DNA of 64,000 nucleotides, from positions 40,922,001 to 40,986,000 of the forward strand of contig NC_086108.1 in the NCBI RefSeq assembly GCF_963921235.1, given 5' to 3'. The position numbers and the translations under genes are program-made. Of this stretch, positions 62,932-64,000 are shown one piece after another. Every line of letters starts with the position of its first letter. The stretch's first letter is position 1. The notes beneath the pieces are model-generated. The model saw nothing but the letters and a program-made list of their open reading frames with translations. It searched no databases and had not been told where the DNA came from. The stretch is from Mobula hypostoma. Its lineage: Eukaryota.

Positions 62932-64000
62932 TAGAACATAGAACATAGAAAAGTACAGCACAGTACAGGCCCTTCGGCCCACAATGTTGTGCCGACCCTC
63001 AAACCCTGCCTCCCATGTAAGCCCCCACCTTAAATTCCTCCATATACCTGTCTAGTAGTCTCTTAAATTTCACTAGTGTATCTGCCTCCACCACTGACTC
63101 AGGCAGTGCATTTTACTCTCTGAGTAAAAAACCTTCCTCTAATATCTCCTTTGAACTTCCCACCCCTTACCTTAAAACCATGTCCTCTTGTATTGAGCAG
63201 CGGTGCCCTGGGGAAGAGGCACTGGCTATCTACTCTATCTATTCCTCTTATTATCTTGTACACCTCTATCATGTCTCCTCTCATCCTTCTTCTCTCCAAA
63301 GAGTAAGGCCCTAGCTCCCTTAATCTCTGATCATAATGCATATTTTCTAAACCAGGCAGCATTCTGGTAAATTTCCTCTGGACCCTTTCCAATGCTTCCA
63401 CATCCTTCATATAGTGAGGCGACCAGAACTAGACACAGTACTCCAAGTGTGGCCTAACCACAGTTTTATAGAGCTGCATCATTACATCGCAACTCTTAAA
63501 CTCTATCCCTCGACTTATGAAAGCTAACACCCCATAAGCTTTCTTAACTACCCTATCCACCTGTGAGGCAACTTTCAGGGATCTGTGGACATGTACCCCC
63601 AGATCCCTCTGCTCCTCCACACTACCAAGTATCCTGCCATTTACTTTGTACTCTGCCTTGGAGTTTGTCCTTCCAAAGTATACCACCTCACACTTCTCCA
63701 GGTTGAACTACATCTGCCACTTCTCAGCCCACTTCTGCATCCTATCAATGTCTCTCTGCAATCTTTGACAATCCTATACACTATCTACAACACCACCAAC
63801 CCTTGTGTCGTCTGCAAACTTGCCAACCCACCCTTCTACCCCCACATCCAGGTCGTTAATAAAAATCACGAAAAGTAGAGGTCCCAGAACAGATCCTTGT
63901 GGGACACCACTAGTCACAATCCTCCAATCTGAATGTACTCCCTCCACCACTACCCTCTGCCTTCTTCAGGCAAGCCAATTCTGAATCCACCTGGCCAAAC
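62932..64000 (-). mobile_element. Young CR1 LINE 3' part (runs off the window end)
   Basis: ORF 63429-63686 has LYKTVVRPHLEYCV and ORF 63099-63410 has ERVQRKFTRMLPG; SKFADDT and [10 protein letters not shown] near 63800-63910; (ATGTTCT)n tail. Confidence 0.95.

Overview
Eukaryotic (vertebrate) intronic or intergenic DNA. The repeat repertoire (CR1, Rex1/Babar, Penelope with hammerheads, V-SINEs, Tx1) points to a cartilaginous fish, probably a ray (inference). I recognised no host protein-coding exon, rRNA, intact tRNA or CRISPR array; nearly all long ORFs are retrotransposon remnants or their antisense shadows. By eye, over half of the window is transposable elements, often nested: many CR1 LINEs (one full-length copy with TSD at 56987-61087), Rex1/Babar, Tx1, L1, RTE and L2 remnants, a young Penelope element, two solo LTRs, a piggyBac-type MITE, SINEs and a 5'-truncated HERO-type (R2-superfamily, REL endonuclease) element. 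The most unusual signal is the 3' end of that HERO element (19284-19423). It holds every hammerhead core motif and all three stems, but in a non-canonical, pseudoknotted strand order, together with a kink-turn-like elbow and a competing perfect 15-bp stem that pairs with the last codons of the ORF. Family assignments rest on motif recognition only; no database search or folding computation was run, and many boundaries are approximate.
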